Source: Anoxybacillus ayderensis
GTDB lineage: Bacteria; Bacillota; Bacilli; Bacillales; Anoxybacillaceae
NCBI RefSeq assembly: GCF_000833605.1
Contig: NZ_JXTG01000001.1
Coordinates: 223,312-263,311, forward strand
DNA: 40,000 bases
Direction: 5' to 3'
A program made the position numbers and the translations under genes. Below are positions 39,206-40,000 of this stretch, in pieces. Numbering within the stretch: the first letter of the stretch is position 1; every line of letters begins with the position of its first letter. The notes beneath the pieces are model-generated. The model made no database searches. It was not told where the DNA came from and saw nothing but the letters and a program-made list of their open reading frames with translations.

Positions 39206-40000
39206 AACATATACATGTCAAAATGGGGTAAGAGTTGTACTTGAGCACATTCCAACTGTTCGATCTGTGGCGATCGGAATTTGGATCGGTACAGGATCAC
39301 GCAATGAAAACGAACGAAATAACGGCATTTCACACTTCCTTGAGCATATGTTTTTCAAAGGAACAAAGACGCGTACAGCGCGGGAGATTGCAGAATCGTT
39401 TGATCGCATCGGCGGTCAAGTGAACGCGTTTACGTCGAAAGAGTATACGTGCTATTACGCAAAAGTATTAGATACGCATGCATCATTTGCGTTAGATATA
39501 TTGGCGGACATGTTTTTCCATTCAACGTTTGTAGATGAGGAATTACAAAAAGAAAAAAATGTCGTATTTGAAGAAATTAAAATGTATGAAGATACACCCG
39601 ATGATCTCGTTCATGACTTACTGAGCAAAGCAAGTTATGGCAATCATCCGCTCGGTTATCCGATTTTAGGAACGGAGGACACGTTAGCGACATTTACAGG
39701 TGAGACGTTGCGACAATATATGCATGAAACGTATACGCCAGATCGAGTTGTCATCTCAGTTGCGGGTAATGTTGACGATTCGTTTATTCAACAAGTAGAA
39801 GCTTATTTCGGATCATTTACAAGACAAAAAGGTGACGATGCGCATATCACACCAACGTTTTATTCAAATAAAATCGCGCGCAAAAAAGATACAGAGCAAG
39901 CGCACGTATGTATCGGATTTAACGGATTGCCAATTGGTCATGAAGATGTGTATAGCTTAATTATTTTAAACAACATTTTAGGCGGAAGCATGAGCAGTCG
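39198..40000 (+). CDS. mlpA: M16-family zinc peptidase MlpA/YmxG-like, N-terminal part (continues beyond the window)
   Basis: Hand translation from TTG 39198, 7 nt after AGGAGG, gives LIKTYTCQNGVRVVLEHIPTVRSVAIGIWIGTGSRNENERNNGISHFLEHMFFKGT..., which carries the inverted zinc motif HxxEH. The frame stays open to the window end, which is why it is missing from the ORF track. It overlaps the ylxY stop by 8 nt. Confidence 0.88.
   Translation, partial: MIKTYTCQNGVRVVLEHIPTVRSVAIGIWIGTGSRNENERNNGISHFLEHMFFKGTKTRTAREIAESFDRIGGQVNAFTSKEYTCYYAKVLDTHASFALDILADMFFHSTFVDEELQKEKNVVFEEIKMYEDTPDDLVHDLLSKASYGNHPLGYPILGTEDTLATFTGETLRQYMHETYTPDRVVISVAGNVDDSFIQQVEAYFGSFTRQKGDDAHITPTFYSNKIARKKDTEQAHVCIGFNGLPIGHEDVYSLIILNNILGGSMSS

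Overview
This window is conserved core chromosome of a moderately AT-rich Bacillaceae, possibly Anoxybacillus or Parageobacillus (a guess from protein similarity to remembered Bacillus subtilis sequences; no search was run). I call 42 protein-coding genes, all on the + strand and tightly packed, with many overlapping stop/start junctions such as ATGA and TAATG. Gene order matches B. subtilis in four blocks. (1) The 3' half of the fla/che flagellar-chemotaxis operon: fliY (5'-truncated by the window edge), cheY, fliZ, fliP, fliQ, fliR, flhB, flhA, flhF, flhG, cheB, cheA, cheW, cheC, cheD, sigD, swrB. (2) rpsB, tsf, pyrH, frr, uppS, cdsA, dxr, rseP/rasP, proS, polC. (3) The rimP-nusA-ylxR-ylxQ-infB-ylxP-rbfA operon. 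(4) truB, ribC, rpsO, pnp, ylxY and the start of mlpA/ymxG, which runs off the 3' edge and is missing from the ORF track. I found no tRNA or rRNA genes, CRISPR arrays, transposases, integrases, phage genes, toxin-antitoxin pairs or defence-like genes. All minus-strand ORFs in the track are shadow ORFs inside + strand genes. I do not see a convincing novel multi-gene system here. The least-explained elements are two small operon-embedded ORFs flanking sigD that B. subtilis lacks as I remember it: a 2-TM protein between cheD and sigD, and a Q/K/E-rich 85-aa protein between sigD and swrB. There are also several cis-regulatory oddities: a polC start codon 31 nt from its only Shine-Dalgarno (SD) with an intervening hairpin, tandem hairpins in the rimP-nusA leader, structured rpsB and rpsO leaders, and a 9-bp direct repeat at the uppS promoter. 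Several ORF-track starts were moved downstream using SD spacing and remembered B. subtilis N-termini.
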